A stretch of DNA of 58,919 nucleotides from a virus (lineage: Duplodnaviria > Caudoviricetes): IMG/VR virus record IMGVR_UViG_3300021964_007473, positions 1-58,919 of that record, one strand, 5' to 3'. The notes under the pieces were generated by a model. That model was not told where the DNA came from. It saw only the letters and a program-made list of their open reading frames with translations, and ran no database searches. Both the position numbers and the translations under genes were made by a program. This document shows, one piece after another, positions 37,385 through 52,300 of the stretch; within the stretch, counting starts at the first letter, position 1, and every line of letters begins with the position of its first letter.

Positions 37385-40300
37385 ATGGTTGCGGTCGGTC
37401 GAACGAGTCACGCCCTCTTCTTTGACGGCGTAAGCGATTCGGTCATTCTGCCGCAAGGCAACTACATCGGTACGGGTCAGCCCACGCCGGACGGGAAGGT
37501 GGTCACCAACCTGCTTCAGAAGGAGCGGCGTAGCGGTGGTGAAAGCCCGCTGATTCCCAAAGCCAACGGCGACTTCGTTATCGAGGCATGGGTCGTGCCT
37601 GACTGCGGTGGTGTGATTGCTCACCGTGAGGGACAGTTCACGCTTTCGCTTGGTACCGTGGACACTCCCGGCCCCGCGACCTTCGACCTGCTGCTTGAGG
37701 GCAGCGCAGGGTTGTTTCAGGCATATCTAACTTCCGCAATTGATGCTACCGACCGATGGGATGGTATCGTCTATCCTCACCACGCAGGCAGCGTACACGA
37801 TTCGTACAACCGCTTTGACACCGGTACCTACGGTGAAGCGACCAACCTCAACGCTGCGCACAGGCCCCTGTACCATGTCGTTGCGGGATTCTCCTACGGT
37901 CAGGCGTTCCTGTACGTGAACGGCGACCTCATCGCATCACAGAAACTCGATGCAGACATGCGTATTGCACGCTCCACCGAACACGTGTACGTGGGCGGCA
38001 AGGGTGGTGAGTTCCGTGGTGCGGTCGAAGCCCTGCACTTCCTCGGCCACTACGACAGGTCAACCGTTGAGTCACACATGCCGACCCAATCGGACGTGTC
38101 CACCGGTCTGTACCGCTTTGAAGAGCCGATTGACGTAGTGGAAGGGACGTATTCGTTCAACGCCGTGAGCGCAGACGCTACGAGCATCACGGTGTCTGCG
38201 AGCGATGCTCAGGCACTCATTGCACGGTTCACCGGTAAGCCGTACGATTCTGCCTCCCCTACCGTTGATTTCACGGCCAAACCGTACAGTATGGGGTCGT
38301 ACAAGGTCGTGGACTACTACACCGGCTCAGGCACCCCCTCAACGCTCTCGATTGCACACGTGCCCTACAACCTGCTCATCAACCCCGGTGCCATCACGCG
38401 GGCCACGCAGAAGCCCAATCAGAAGCCACCGGAGCGTGTGCGTGTCAAGAGCATCAACGGTAGCACGGGTGTCATCGAGTTGACGAGCATTCACGTTGAC
38501 TTTGTGAACGGTACGGGCGGGCTGCGCGGGTTGCTGCACGACCGGACGGCTGACGTGGACAACTACTTCGTCGTGGTCGGTGCCGACCTGCTGATTGACA
38601 ACGGTACGGGTAAGCCGTACCAACCACCGCACTACGGTACGCAAGTCTTCGACCGCACCGGTCAGATGGTGATTGACGAGACGGACAACGAGCAGCACGG
38701 TATGGTGTACTCATCGCGTATGGCAACCACCACCGACGACCCGAACAACCCGTTCGCGGTCGTGTGGCCGAGTGATGTTGACCCCCTGTTCCAAATCGGA
38801 CATAGCGGGCGGCACACCTTCTCGCACGTTGTTGGTCATGAGTTCATGCGCCGCTATCCGGTGCCGTCAGATTTGGTTGTGGACCAAACGGTGACCGGTG
38901 CAGCAGACATTGTGACGATGCGCTACGACAACGTGTCCCGTTCGCTGCGCAATTCGTTTGCCATGAACGCCCTGACCGACGTGTTCAGCGAAGATGCCAC
39001 GGCAACGGTGACTGAAATCGTGTCAAGCACCACGGCGTCTTCGGTCGTACACAACGGTTTGCCGTCTGCTGCCCGTGAAGTCATCGGCATTGGTGGTGCT
39101 GACTTCGACTTCCGACCCTTCTTGCTCAAAGGGCCTGCGCCGTTGTCCGGCTCAGATGTGAATGATACAACGCGGTTGTATCACCTTGTTTCTGAAACCA
39201 CGTCCCGTGTTGCTATCCTCAACGTCCCTGCCTTGCAGACCTCGCACGACATGGCCCCCTTCGTGGAGATTCACTACAATGCGATTGACCTGACAGGTGC
39301 AAGCATGGGTATCAGCGGACCAATGCTGATGGTCGAGAAGACGGTTCCTGCGGCTTCCCTCGACCTTGGTGGCGGGACGTACGTGTACGACCTCATTGCG
39401 GCTGCTCTTGATGCTACGATGTATGCTCCGGGTGGTATGCTGATTCTCGACCCTGATGTGAAGAGCAGCAACGAATACATGTTTGAGTCACACAGTCTGA
39501 TTGGAGACAACACAGGTGGTGCTGACTACGACCCTGAGTTGGACTTTACTCGTACCCCTGCTGAGTACACACCCGTGTCAAGCGTTGATGCTGAACCATG
39601 TACGCCACCTGCTCCCGTACGTGCCTCTCACGTTTCCTCGGACCACGAATCGGTGTACAACCGCCTCACGTTCACCAAGGCAGGTATCGTGACCGAAGAC
39701 GACCTGACCGAGATTGGTACCTACAAGCGGGTCACCCCCACCGAGGAAAAGACCGGTGCGGGTGTCTTTGACGTGGGCATCCCTGACGGCATCAGTCCGG
39801 TGCATGAGACGTTTGACGTGATTGACAACTATTTTGCCCCAACGGGCAAGTTGTACCTCTTCGTGCAGCCGACAGACCGACGGCGCAGCAACCAACTGCT
39901 TTCTGCACTTGAGGACGATTCGTCCATCACGATGATGCTGATGATGGCGCGGGCACGTCTGCGAAGCATCAGCGAGGAAAATGACCCTGAAACAAACTCA
40001 ACGACCATCACCGTCAGCGGTGCAGGTGTCGTTGAGTCCGTGCTGAACCGCAACGTCAGCGCGGTTGGTGAAGGCTCACCTGACTCCTACATCGTCAAGG
40101 AGATTGAGCCAAATGCACCTGTGGTCACGGTGACGCTTGGAGGACCGGGACAAGGTGCGGTGAACACGAAGCCGACGTTTGACCCAAGCCCGTTGATGCG
40201 TCTTCCCGGCTCAACGCGCCGCTCTTGCGCCGTTCGTACAACCCACGTGTACGCCAAAGACGACACCACGACCACGGAGAACATTCTCAGCGTAGCACCG

Positions 40301-43300
40301 TTGAACAACGGCTCGCCTGACATTGCATCGTGGGGCACCATTGCATTCCCGAAGGTAGGGCGTGTGTACCTCGACAACGGTGCGAGTGCGGAATACGCAA
40401 GCAAGGGTGGCTCCGGCTTTGTCTTCACCAACGTCAGCGCGAGCGGTACGGGACGGTTCCTTGGTGCCGATGGTGAAGAGTACTCCAACTTCTTCCTGTG
40501 GTGCAATGCGGTTGGTCTGATGAAGACGACCTCATCACCTGCCGACGTGCAGACTTCGCTGACTTTGTACAACGACCCGAACTTCGCAGACGATGCGATG
40601 GCTCAGGACGGCAGCACCGTGAACGACAGACTGTTTCAGTCCATGGACACGGTGACGCACGACTACCAACTCGGTACGCAGTTTGCAAGCACGCGGGCCA
40701 TGGTCGAGATTCCTGTCTTCCCGCAACAGTTCTTCGACCATCCTGAGCAGGGCATCTTCCCCGGTCCTGACAACTCGATGAAGTTGCACCTCGATGCAAC
40801 GTACACCGCTCACTCATGGAACCCAACACCCGTAGGTCGCCGTGCCAATGATATTGGACAGTCAGACAAGCAGGCATCCTCGGCGTACGGCTTCAACAGG
40901 GAAGGATTTGTCGCAGCGGCTCACATTGAGCGCATCGTCAAGAACACCACTACATCGCCGGGATTCTATGAGATTTACGTTGACAACCCGCAGATTTTCC
41001 CCAATGCGGACGAAGCATCTTTGCCACGAAGTGTTGGGAACATGAAGAGCGTCGGCTACTACCGCCGATGCTTCCTTGCGAACGGCATGAGTGCGTTGTA
41101 CGTCAATGACCCTACGACGGACGGATTCATCGAAGTGCCTGTCCCTTCGGCCAAGAACCACGGCACCTTCATTGAGGGATTCTTTACCAACGCCATCCCC
41201 GGTGCTGCGCTTTTCGTGGCTCAAGGATTCCGTAGTGAAACCCTTGTTCCGACCGATTCGGATGCAAGCACTCCATCGTCTGACTTTGAAGGTCGTTCAC
41301 CGTACTACTACGACGCGGCCAACGTGCAAACGCAAGGTGGAAACCTCGACTACGGTATGCGTCAGTACGTCAGCGCGGTCGAGTTCAAGGCCGGACCGCT
41401 TGCTAACCCGCACGCCCCACGTACCGTGTCTAAGCGTGCTGCATCCACGATTCTTTCAGTTCCATCTGTGAGCGGTAGCACCTACACGATTACGCTTGAA
41501 GACGGGTCACTCTTCCCTGACGTACCGTTCACGCGAGATGCGAGCAACAACATTCAGTTTGAAACGGGTGACCCGTTGTATATTGCTGAAGTAATTCAGG
41601 CTGATGGCTCGACCCAAGACGTGTACTACCTTGGACGATTCAACGACACCTTCACTCAGAACACAATTGCCATTGTCGCTACTTCGACCCCTACATTGGT
41701 CGGTGCTACGCTGCGCTTGAAGCACATTGCACACGCGCTGCACACGCTGAGTAACCCTGCAAGTGCAACGAGTGAGGAAAAGAAGGTCGTCACCTTCTTG
41801 CCTTCTGCAACCGCAGACCAATGGACCTTCTCATCCTCGTACGGCGGTGGTACCACAACCACGCTCAACATCACTTGTACTACGGCTGACTTGATGGCCC
41901 ATGCAAACGTGGTTGGTTTGAACATTCGACCTGATGACCACGTGTACGTGGACACCGGCTCAGCCATCAATTACCTCGGGCAAGTGTCCAAGGTTGAATC
42001 AGCGGAAGTGTCGGGTGGTTCTGACCGTATCATCTTGGCAGCAAACAACCTCGCAGCCATCACTTCAGGTGACAAGATTCGTGTTGCTGCTGAGTCGGTG
42101 ATGACCGTTGACGATGAGGCTATCCTGAACCGTGCTTGGGTACACCCGTACGCGACCGGCGGTCTGCGTCATGGTGACACCGTGTGGGCCAACATGAGCA
42201 TCAACAACCCGCATGCTACCGAAGGCCTATTTGCCAAGAGTCGTGGTGTGTTCAATGACGGCCTCGTTTGGAAGGGCTTCAATGGTGGCTCGGGTACACT
42301 CGCTAACCGACCCCGTGATAGCATCCCACTTGAGAACTTCCTGATTGGAGACTCTTGCCTTGAGACGGCCATCAACTACGCGCAACACGTCAACAAGACG
42401 GTGCAGATGAACTACGAGTCAATGGGTCTTGACGCTGAGCAGGCTCCTGTTGTCGCATATGTTGACCCTTACCTTGCAACTGACGGGCATGCCCGCGTTC
42501 TCCTGTACGACGTGGGCCATGACCGCGAGTTCATCGCCTTCCACGACCTGCATATGCAAGTTCAGTCAAGTGCAGCAACGCCGACCATCGGCTACACTCG
42601 ACAACTCGCCTACAAGGACGGCACCATCAACCTCGACAAGTTCCTGATGGGTCGCAACGGTGCAGCACCACACTACCTGACAACTCAGATTGACGTAGCC
42701 AACGGCTACCCGAGCGAGAACCCATTCTTGCGGGCCACGCAACAGTCGAAGTTTATTGAAGGTGCATATGCGCATAACGTCATTGGTGGGGTAAATCAGA
42801 ACCCGTACAACGCAAGCACCGAGCAATCGTGGACGGTGTTGAACGACCCTGATGTTGATACGTACAACGTCCTGTTCGCATCCAAGGGACACGGGCACTT
42901 TGTCCACACAGGTCTGTACCATGAAAAGGGAAGCAGCGACCTCACCGTTGGTGACAGTACACTACCCCGTACTCAGCCTGCGGTCGCATCTCCGTATTGG
43001 AGCAACGCAATTCACCAACTCTCGCGCATCAACGCTGACTCGCATCCGTTGATTACGGCACTTCGCGCACACCGAGCAGAACAGAACCCAAACACGCACA
43101 CGCTGAAGGACCCGAGTACGCTCTTTGACACACCTGATGGTACGCGCACCATCTCGGCCTTCTTGAGTCTGAAGGGGAAGCGTAGCATTGCTCTCGACCT
43201 TAGCGGTCACGACGAAGAGCGGCTTCAGCATCTTCCGCATTGGACGCAAATGGACTTCGTGCGCCGCATGACCGTGGACTTCGGTGAAATCGGTGTGAAA

Positions 43301-46300
43301 GAAGGTGTGACTGACATTGAGGCAGCAGCCCGTGAGATTGTGCGACTCATCAACCAAGGCGGTGCTGCAAACGGTCGAACCCATGCACGTCGCCCCTCTC
43401 AGCAATATCCCGGCGAAAGCGAGCGTCTTGATTTGACACGTATTGGCGTTCGACAGGACATTGCTAATCCGAACCGTGACCCTACGAGTGCCCATATCTT
43501 TGCTGACTTTGCTGCCACGGGTTCCACTTACGACCCTGCGCCTTGGTGGTACCCTGACGAAGCGTTCGACAGTCATGACCGTGGAAGTCACATGGGGTAC
43601 CTTCGTGCGCACATTGGTCGCGTGGTTGAGGACCTCGACGGCAACGAAGGTTTCTCCATCGTCATTCACAGTACCATCCCCGGTGCAAGCGGTCGCAACT
43701 TCTGTGCTTGGCTTGACAACAGTAAGGGACAGTCCTCCTACAAGCCACAGTACCTCATCGGTCACGGCGGTCGCTTCCGCAACTTTTGGTCGCAACCGGA
43801 CGAGGTTTCCGGTGAGAACATGCACCCCGCTCCGTTGCCGTTGAACAAGCACGGACGCCCCTTTGCTCCAATTACTTCACTCCGAGAATACGTGGCTCAA
43901 GAAGAGCCTGATGACGTGTTTGCAAGCAACCTCGACGTTGCAGCGCGAAACGATGTGGAAAAGAACGCGCTTGCTCGTAAGGTGTCTGCGACCATGGGTG
44001 GTACAGTCAACAACTCGGTGGCTGATGAGTCCTTTGAGGCACAAAGCCCTGCTACGTCGTTGGTCGAAGGGCTACGTCGTGGTAGCACGGCGGTAGGGCG
44101 CATCAACTTCGGTGGGTTGGTTGAAGCAGGTGTACCCGGCTTTGCACCGGACACAGGAGCATTTGGGTTTGGTCGGCGTGGAAGTACCCGCTTCTTTTCC
44201 CGGTATGGAGCCAATGGTCTGAGTGAGTACACAAGTCACGTGAATACGGAAGAGGTCACCGAGGACGCTATTGGTGATACACCGTTGTACGGCATGCGTT
44301 TCACCGACCACCGTGGTCGAGGTTATGGTGTCAGGTACGTCTATCGCTGCGTGAATGATTCCTTTGCCAATGAACTAACAACGCTACCCTCAACCTTGGA
44401 TGATGAAATCGTCATTCACTTCAACGACCGAGACGTTGCACAGGGTGGATTTACCATTGGACACCACATGGCGGGTGAAGGTGATGCAACGGGACGGTTG
44501 GTGCCGAAGAGTGGCATGACTGAAGCAACATGGGTAGGCAACCGTTGGCGTGGCGTCTTTGCCGCAGATGCCGGTTTGAACTGCGAAGCAACGTACAGTT
44601 CAGATACCGTCACCATTGTCCTCGATACCCCTTACGGTACAGGTAGCACCGAGTTCAACAACCATCCTGACATTCTCGGCTACCTTGGTTTCCCCAAGAC
44701 CAACGGTATCATGCAATTGACGGACCCGTATAGTGGAGGTGCTACCACGTTGGATGGTGTGGTTGGCAACACGTTCTCCTATGAATCCCGTACAAGCAAC
44801 GACACGACAGGTACGCACACGTTCTATGGCGTGCGTGGTGCTGATTTCACCGCTACCCACACTTCTGCATCCTTTACTATCACCGACGTACCATTGGGTG
44901 TGTCGTTCAAGGCCGGAAACACTCACCAACTCATCCTCTCTCCGCGTTTGAATTGGACGACGTTGTTGACCGATGAAGTGATTGCGTACGCTACCGTTGC
45001 TGCAATCAACCTACAAGACCCGAACACGGAAGATGGCTACGTTGTTGACGTGCGCCATTTGTATGCAGCAGACGGTCGTACACTCGGAGATTGGGGTGTC
45101 GGTGAAGATGCCGTACTGATTCGTGCGCATAATCCGCAACGTGGTATCAAGCCACTTTCACAGATGTTCAGCGCAAGCCTTCACCGTGACTATGGCATCC
45201 AAGCAGCCCATGTTGAGTTCGGTGAATATCAGAACATCAGCAAGACAAGTGCTACATGGGACGTGACTGCCGGTCTGATTCCACCGTTGAGTGATGATGA
45301 CATTGCATCATCAAAACAAATGACGTGCGGATATATTCCGCGTACCATCGTTCAGATTCGTACCCGAGGTCGCGGCTATCATGCCAACACCCCTACGCCT
45401 ATCCTTGTGGATTCGTACAACGACCCGGTGAACCTCAAGCGGTGGAATGAGAACCTGAAGGGTGTTCGCTTCCTTTCACGACCCGGTGACCATATTCTGC
45501 CTTGTCTGAGCAACCCGCTATTGAAGGTTCAATCCGTTTCAAGCAACGTGTTCACTATGGCTGCGACCAACAAACTCGGTCATGCAATGATTGTCGGTTG
45601 CACTCGTACGATTTCAGGCACCTATACCACATCAAACCGGTTGTTGGCATTCGGTCAAAAGATTCCATTGTTCCACGCAAAGGACAACTATGCACTTGTG
45701 TATGCCAATCAAGGTGCAAACGCGCTTACCGAGTTCACGTACAACACGCAGGAATCATCTCTTCATTGGGATGATGAGTTCGGTGGAAAGACATTGAATC
45801 AGAACTACTACTTCATTTCATCAGTTGGGGAGTTCGACGGTTTCCGTTTGCATGGAAGCGTGGACTCCGAGCCTATCGTGTACTTCCGTGGCGGGCGAGA
45901 TAGCAGCGACCACGATGTGCCGTTGTACTTCGGTGGTGGTTTCAGCGGCGTCGTGCTTGACGTGAACGACGGTACTCAGAACGATTACGCTGACTTCTAT
46001 ACGCACCCGTACTCGACGGGACCAACGGGTACTGCGGGTATTCAGAACGCCAACGAGATTTCAACCTCATTTGCTTTGGTGGATTGCAACGCGCTGCTTG
46101 CCTTCTTCCCCGGTACCGCGCTGCTCAATCAGCACCGAGCCTCAATTCATCCACCTGCGTACAACAAAGATAGCATCCTTACAACTGACGTTGACGTAGG
46201 ATTTGCAACGAAGCACAACGACTTGCCTGCGCACGTCACGGCCCGCTATACCGCCGGTATGGTGTACCAACGCCCAATCCCGCTTGTGCTGCGCATGGGC

Positions 46301-49300
46301 CACCCAACGGCTCGCTACGACGATGCACGCAATAGCGTCACCAACCACACCACCTACGTCATCTATGGACCGGGCCAAGCATTCCCCTTCACCGAAACAA
46401 CCGCTGCTGACGCAGACGTTGAGCCGCACCCCGGTTTTGTCGTGACGGTGGGTAACACATGGAGCAAGGTGCCGCATAGCAAGCAACTGCCCAACCCAAT
46501 TACCAACGATAGGAACGACTACGGCCCACCGACTTCAACCTACCAAAGCAACCGTCAACGTCACCATTGGTACACAACGTGGAATTGGAGTCCCGCTGAA
46601 GGCATCCCTCACGTTGGCGCGGTGTCGAGCGGAGTCAGCCTGTGGCAGCGGCCCGAGCATGGCTACCACTTCGGTGAACACTTCAACCTGCAAGCCACGG
46701 TGTCTTCGCTCAACATTAGCGACTATGCTGCTGCCCACCCCTACAAGCACGCACCCATCGTCGGCTACGGCATTGCTTCGCAGGCTGACTTGACGTTCCA
46801 CATGGACGGCGGCTACCATCCGGGCGGTTCATGGCTTGACAATCAACTCTCATTCAACGCACCCCTTGAGCCAAGCGACTATCGCGTGGCCCGTGATTCG
46901 TGGAACGAGGTCAACCCAACCGCATTCCGTGTTTCAGGTGTCCTTGCAAAGCAGGTTCTCGCGGGTGCATCTGCTGAAGAGGGCGACGACTTCGACCGTG
47001 AAATCATCGTCGTGGATGCTACGCGGTGTCAGAACGGTGAGGAACTCGCAGCCCTGCTTGGACAGGCCATCAACGAGAACCCCGGCAAGGGTGCGCTCAA
47101 GGCCATGGGCGGTACGCACCTTCCTTCGATGGGCAGCGCGATGCGGCAGGACCGCTACGGTTGGGTCGAACTTGACTTCAGCAACTATACTCCTGACATA
47201 TCCAAATCGTACTCTTACGTTGAGGCTACCCTTTCAGGTGGTACGCAAACCATCTTGGAACAGTTGCCTGCGTCGGGATGGATTCGTACAGACAATGCAG
47301 GCCGTACGCTTCACACGGTTGACTTGCCTGCTTTTGCACCTTACCATAGCCGCGAAGTGTACGACAATAGCGGTACGTGGACTGTACGTTTTTGGCTTGC
47401 ACCAAATCGTTTGTTTGGCTATCCTGCATTTGAAGATGCACAGTCTTTTGATGACTTCACTCTTCCTACTCCGGCCAACCTAAGTGGCATCACAAAGGTG
47501 TACGTGTGGAGCAAAGCCGGTGTTCATCGCTTCAACAACGAGGACGACGCTACGCGCAACCACATGACGCAGGTTCACTTTGCAGGCATCGTGGACGCCA
47601 TTGACCGCACTCGCCCTGTGGGTGCGGTTGGATGGGCAGGTGAGCGTTACTCGTACCTCAACTCCCTCAAGGTAGGCACGGAAGGCTACGGTGCAGGTCG
47701 TGGCGCGTGGCATCCAAAGTTGGGCTTCTCTCCCTACGGCTCGGCCTCAACGGTCATGACCGCGTACGGACACGTACCGCACACGTATGCATTGTACAAT
47801 ACTCCTGAATCACTCGTCTATGCAAACTATGACGGCGTGGGTACACCCTACGGTTCATGGACTGTTGAAACCGCATATGCATCTATTTCATACACAACCA
47901 ACAACGCAGACACCGCTACTGCATACAAGGCGGCGGATAGTGCCATCAACCTCACAAACAGTCTGACTGACTTTAGCATCCCGCGTGAGTTGTACCACCC
48001 GCAGGGTGTCTTCTCCAAGGGCTTCCTCGTTGTTTCCTATGAGAGTGAATTGGCATTGGTCGCCAAGTACGACCGCGACGGCATCACGGCAACCGGTGAT
48101 TGGCTTGCAGTTGTCTCCAAAACCCGTGCGGGTACGGCTGCTTCGACGGCCATTACGTTCGCAGGTACAGCGCAATGGGACGAGCGGATTCACGGTCCTG
48201 AGCGGTTCTATGCCCCTGCGACGGGTGGCCCGAACGTCGAGGCCCTGATTGTCAGCGGCACGGCGACACCGGCAAGTGCGGCTACCGACGACCCTGAAAT
48301 TACTCAGTACACCCTTCATACGGCGGCTACCAATGACAACGACCTCGACAATGCAACACCCGCATTCGCGCAAATTGGTGACCTGTTCTTCGACTTGGAC
48401 AAGAGCGTAGGCTCCTACCTACTGAACGACGCAAGTGAGGTTGAGCGTAACCTGATGGTGGACATGCGCACCGCAGGTGGGGGTACCGACTTCAACGCAA
48501 AGCACGATGACCTCCGCTATTGGCTTGCACAAACCAACGGCTACGAATCGCTTGCCCGCACACCAATGCGCAACTTCAGCGTCGAGCATGTCGTGTGGAA
48601 GCGAATGGACGGCGGCAACTTGTCGCTGCCTGCCTTGAACGCTCGCGGTCTTGGCGGTGTACCCTTCGTCACTCGCGTCAGCGGTGGTACTGCCTACACC
48701 ACGGGTGAGAAGTTGTACGGCAACGTGCGCTTCTCCTTTGAGACGACCAACTCGGCCATGTTCCCAATTATCCAAGCGCAAGAGTTGGCTCACCCGCAGA
48801 TTGCTGCTCGCCACCCCGACGAGTTGCGCAACGTGCTGATGGTTCCCAACGAAGAGATTCAGTTTGATTCAATTGAGGTTGAAGACGACACCGGCCAAAT
48901 CCACACCATCGAGGGCGGCTCGCCGTTCGGTACCATTGTTCGGGCCTTCCGAAAGTTGTCTAACCGCACCTCAGAAGGGCTTGCCCCTGCAATTGCAGGC
49001 AGCGGCGTGGAGCCGAACCTGAAGGTGCGCCTGCCCGACCCCAACTCAATTCCCGGCAACATCATCGTGCGCTCAGGGTTCGACCGACTGCAAGCCTATC
49101 AGACTGAAACAATGGGCAGCGGTGGCATGATGCGACCCGACCTTGCTGACGCACTCAAGCACCAATTCACCGATGAAGTCGTTGGTCCCCGACAAGGACC
49201 AACGTATAGCGACTACGAATGGGACCACATCAGTCAGTCTGCAAGCGGTGAGGCGTTTCCCGACATGACGCGCAAGGGGTGGAGTGCAGCAACGGGCAAC

Positions 49301-52300
49301 GCCCCGCTTGAATCGTCCTACGAGTTGCACGACCGCACACTCTTCTTCCATGTGACGAAGTGCGGAAACACGCACACGCACCGCTATCCGACGCACTACA
49401 CGCATGCAAACGGTGTGCAGAACAACGACCTCTCGGCCACAGGATTCTCGTCCGGTACGCTGAGCGTTGATGCGACGATTGATGCCGCCCTGTACCCCAC
49501 GACCTTCGGGAACCAAGAGGCTGCGGACAACCGCCGCTTTTTGCGTCTGTACGATGCTGCTACCGACCGAGGTGGTGTGGCCTCATTCACGGGCATCAGC
49601 GGTGACACGTTCACCGGCTGCGTCGGTGATGCTGAGTTTGATACCTTGGTTGCTAACGGCGTGAGTGGCCTCAAGGTCGTGCCTTCCTACTACATGCCTG
49701 CGGGTAGCACACGCTTCTATGCAGCACGCCGTCTGCGTGACCACGCTGAAGTCAGCGGCAACAGTCCTGACATGATGCACACGTTGTACTACACCAATGT
49801 GGACGCAGACACAACCGCACATAGCATCTTTTCCAAGCCTGTGTTGACGCCAATGGCCCTGCCACGTATGGGTCACCACTACGTCACGCCGACCATGGCT
49901 ATGCTGCCCGGACATTGGGCACATCCTGCCTACCAAGGTCTGTACGACAAACATCGTGCAATTCGTGCGTCCTCGCACAAGTACGTGGAACAGTCGCTTA
50001 TGGAGTCACTTGGATTCGATGAAGTCAAGAGTGACATTACTACGACGACCACGAACCAATTCTTCGGTCTTGACCCACAACTGCGAATTGGTTCGCTGAC
50101 TGCCACACCGGGAGGACCAAGCGACATTCACGGTGGTGCGTTCACGCTGATGTTTGAAACGAAGGTGCGTAGTGACGGCTACGGTGTACTCGCATCCGAA
50201 GGATATGCGGGTAACATCAACAAAGCCGGAGGACACACCATCGTCCTTGAAGGTGCGGCGACGTATTCGCTTGAGCATCACTTCCCTGACCCTGCCGAGG
50301 TTGGTGCGTATCAAATTGTCATTCAGCCAAACTTGAACAAGTCGCAGTTCATTGGTTATCACGAAAATGCAGCAAATGAATTGACAAGCCAACAAGTTGC
50401 TCTTGTAGTAGCAAAACGAGATTACACTTCAGACGTAGGAGGGTGTACGCTTGTGCTTGCACAGGCCACCGACGCTGACGTGCGTGGTTGTGAAATCTTC
50501 ATCAACGAAGTGATGATTGACCACGACCCCGACCACGGTAGCCAATTCACCAACATTCCACCGTTGCTTTTGTACAACTCATTCGGCGTACAGGAAACCG
50601 AAGCACCTGCGTTCACGCGCATGAGTCTGCCCTATCATCCCGGCATGTTTGCTGACGCAACACCGGGCTTCACCACCAACATTCCGTGGTGGAGTATTGT
50701 ACACAATCAAGACCCTACGCATTCCGAATCTGCCGGTTTCCGTCATTTGACGTGGCACCGCTTTGACAACTACTACGAGTTTGCGCGGGCAAACGCGGGC
50801 AACGTGGCTTCTCAAATTACACTTGCGGGCTATCCAAGCAGCGCACCGGACGTTTATTCAGACTTGTACAACCTCATCAGTCTCAACCCTGTTGCTACTG
50901 TTGAGAGTGTGTCAGCAGGTGTGGTTGTTGTTGACGATGCTCGCGGCTTCCCTGAGTACCCCTACTACGGTCAGAAATTGGAGTACACCGATGCAAACGG
51001 TGTACGTCGTACAACTGAATACACGGATGCTATTGCAGGCTCCGCACAACGCACCATCAATCATCCCGTTAATGCTGACTTTACCAACAATTTGACGGCA
51101 GGCACAAAGTTGCGTCTTACCCGTGCGTACGATTTCCGCCCGTCAGGAGCCATCTTTACCGACTCCAAGACAAGCATCATCACGCGCATGCTACCTCAGA
51201 CCTTGCAAGGTAGCCGTGATACGAATAGCCTGCACTTGGCTGATGCATTCCTGTGCATGTGGCATCCGAACCTTGGGCGACCGTACACGTTTTACTCAGA
51301 TTCAGCCCGCACGTTCCTCAACCCGTTGACTGACCGGGCGGTGGACAACAAGCCGTACAACTCAATGCCTGAGCATTTTGAGACAATTCACTACCACGAC
51401 GCACCGTACTTCGGTAGCGTTGGACCCTTTGGGTTGGCTATCAAGACACCTGCGCCGCCAACAAACATTCCCGCCGGTAATTTTGGTGAAAGCAAACGTA
51501 CGGTAGCATCTCACGTAGTTGCTACCAAAACAATCACCACTACGCCATTTACAGGGTTACTTTTCCAACTTTCCGCAGGTGACGTAATCAGCATTGAATC
51601 GAGACAGTACACGGTTGTGTCGGATAACGGTTCAGACATTGTAGTGGACCAAGTTTTGCCTGTTGAAATTACAGTTGGTGCGTTCGTGTACGAAGGAGCA
51701 GATGGCTCAATGAAAACGGGCGAAGAGATGGACCTGCTGCCTTACCTGACTCATCAGGGTGGACAATCTGATTCGGCTGACGATGCTACGAAAGTAATGC
51801 TCAACAACTTGTGGCCGAGCGGTAGTCGTGGCGGTCCTCTCATCAGTTGTCTTGATGGGTACGGCGCAGTATCGTCTTCATGGAGTTACTCAGGATTGTA
51901 CGGCTATGACCGGTACGCTTGGAAAGATGCTGATATGGTGTCTTGGAGTTCATACGCGGTGAGTAGCGGCATTACAACTGAATTATATTCAACCACTCCA
52001 CCGTTGAATAGCAAGCCACTTCCATTTGGCTACCGCTTTGGTCTGCGTCAACCCTACAACAAACCCCAATGGTCCTTCTATGGAATGCGTGCGTACCGTG
52101 CGGGTAGTCCGTACTACACCGCTGATTACCAACATGGCCCATTGGTGCAACGAGAAACGGGTGCTTGGGGTCATGATACGTTGGCTGATGAAGTGTACCC
52201 GGAAACCTACGTGGGTGTCATGGAGCGGCAGACCAACTTCAGCGGCATGCTTGGCGTGGACATGGCTGAGCGGCAGGTTCGGTATAGCGACGGCATGCGT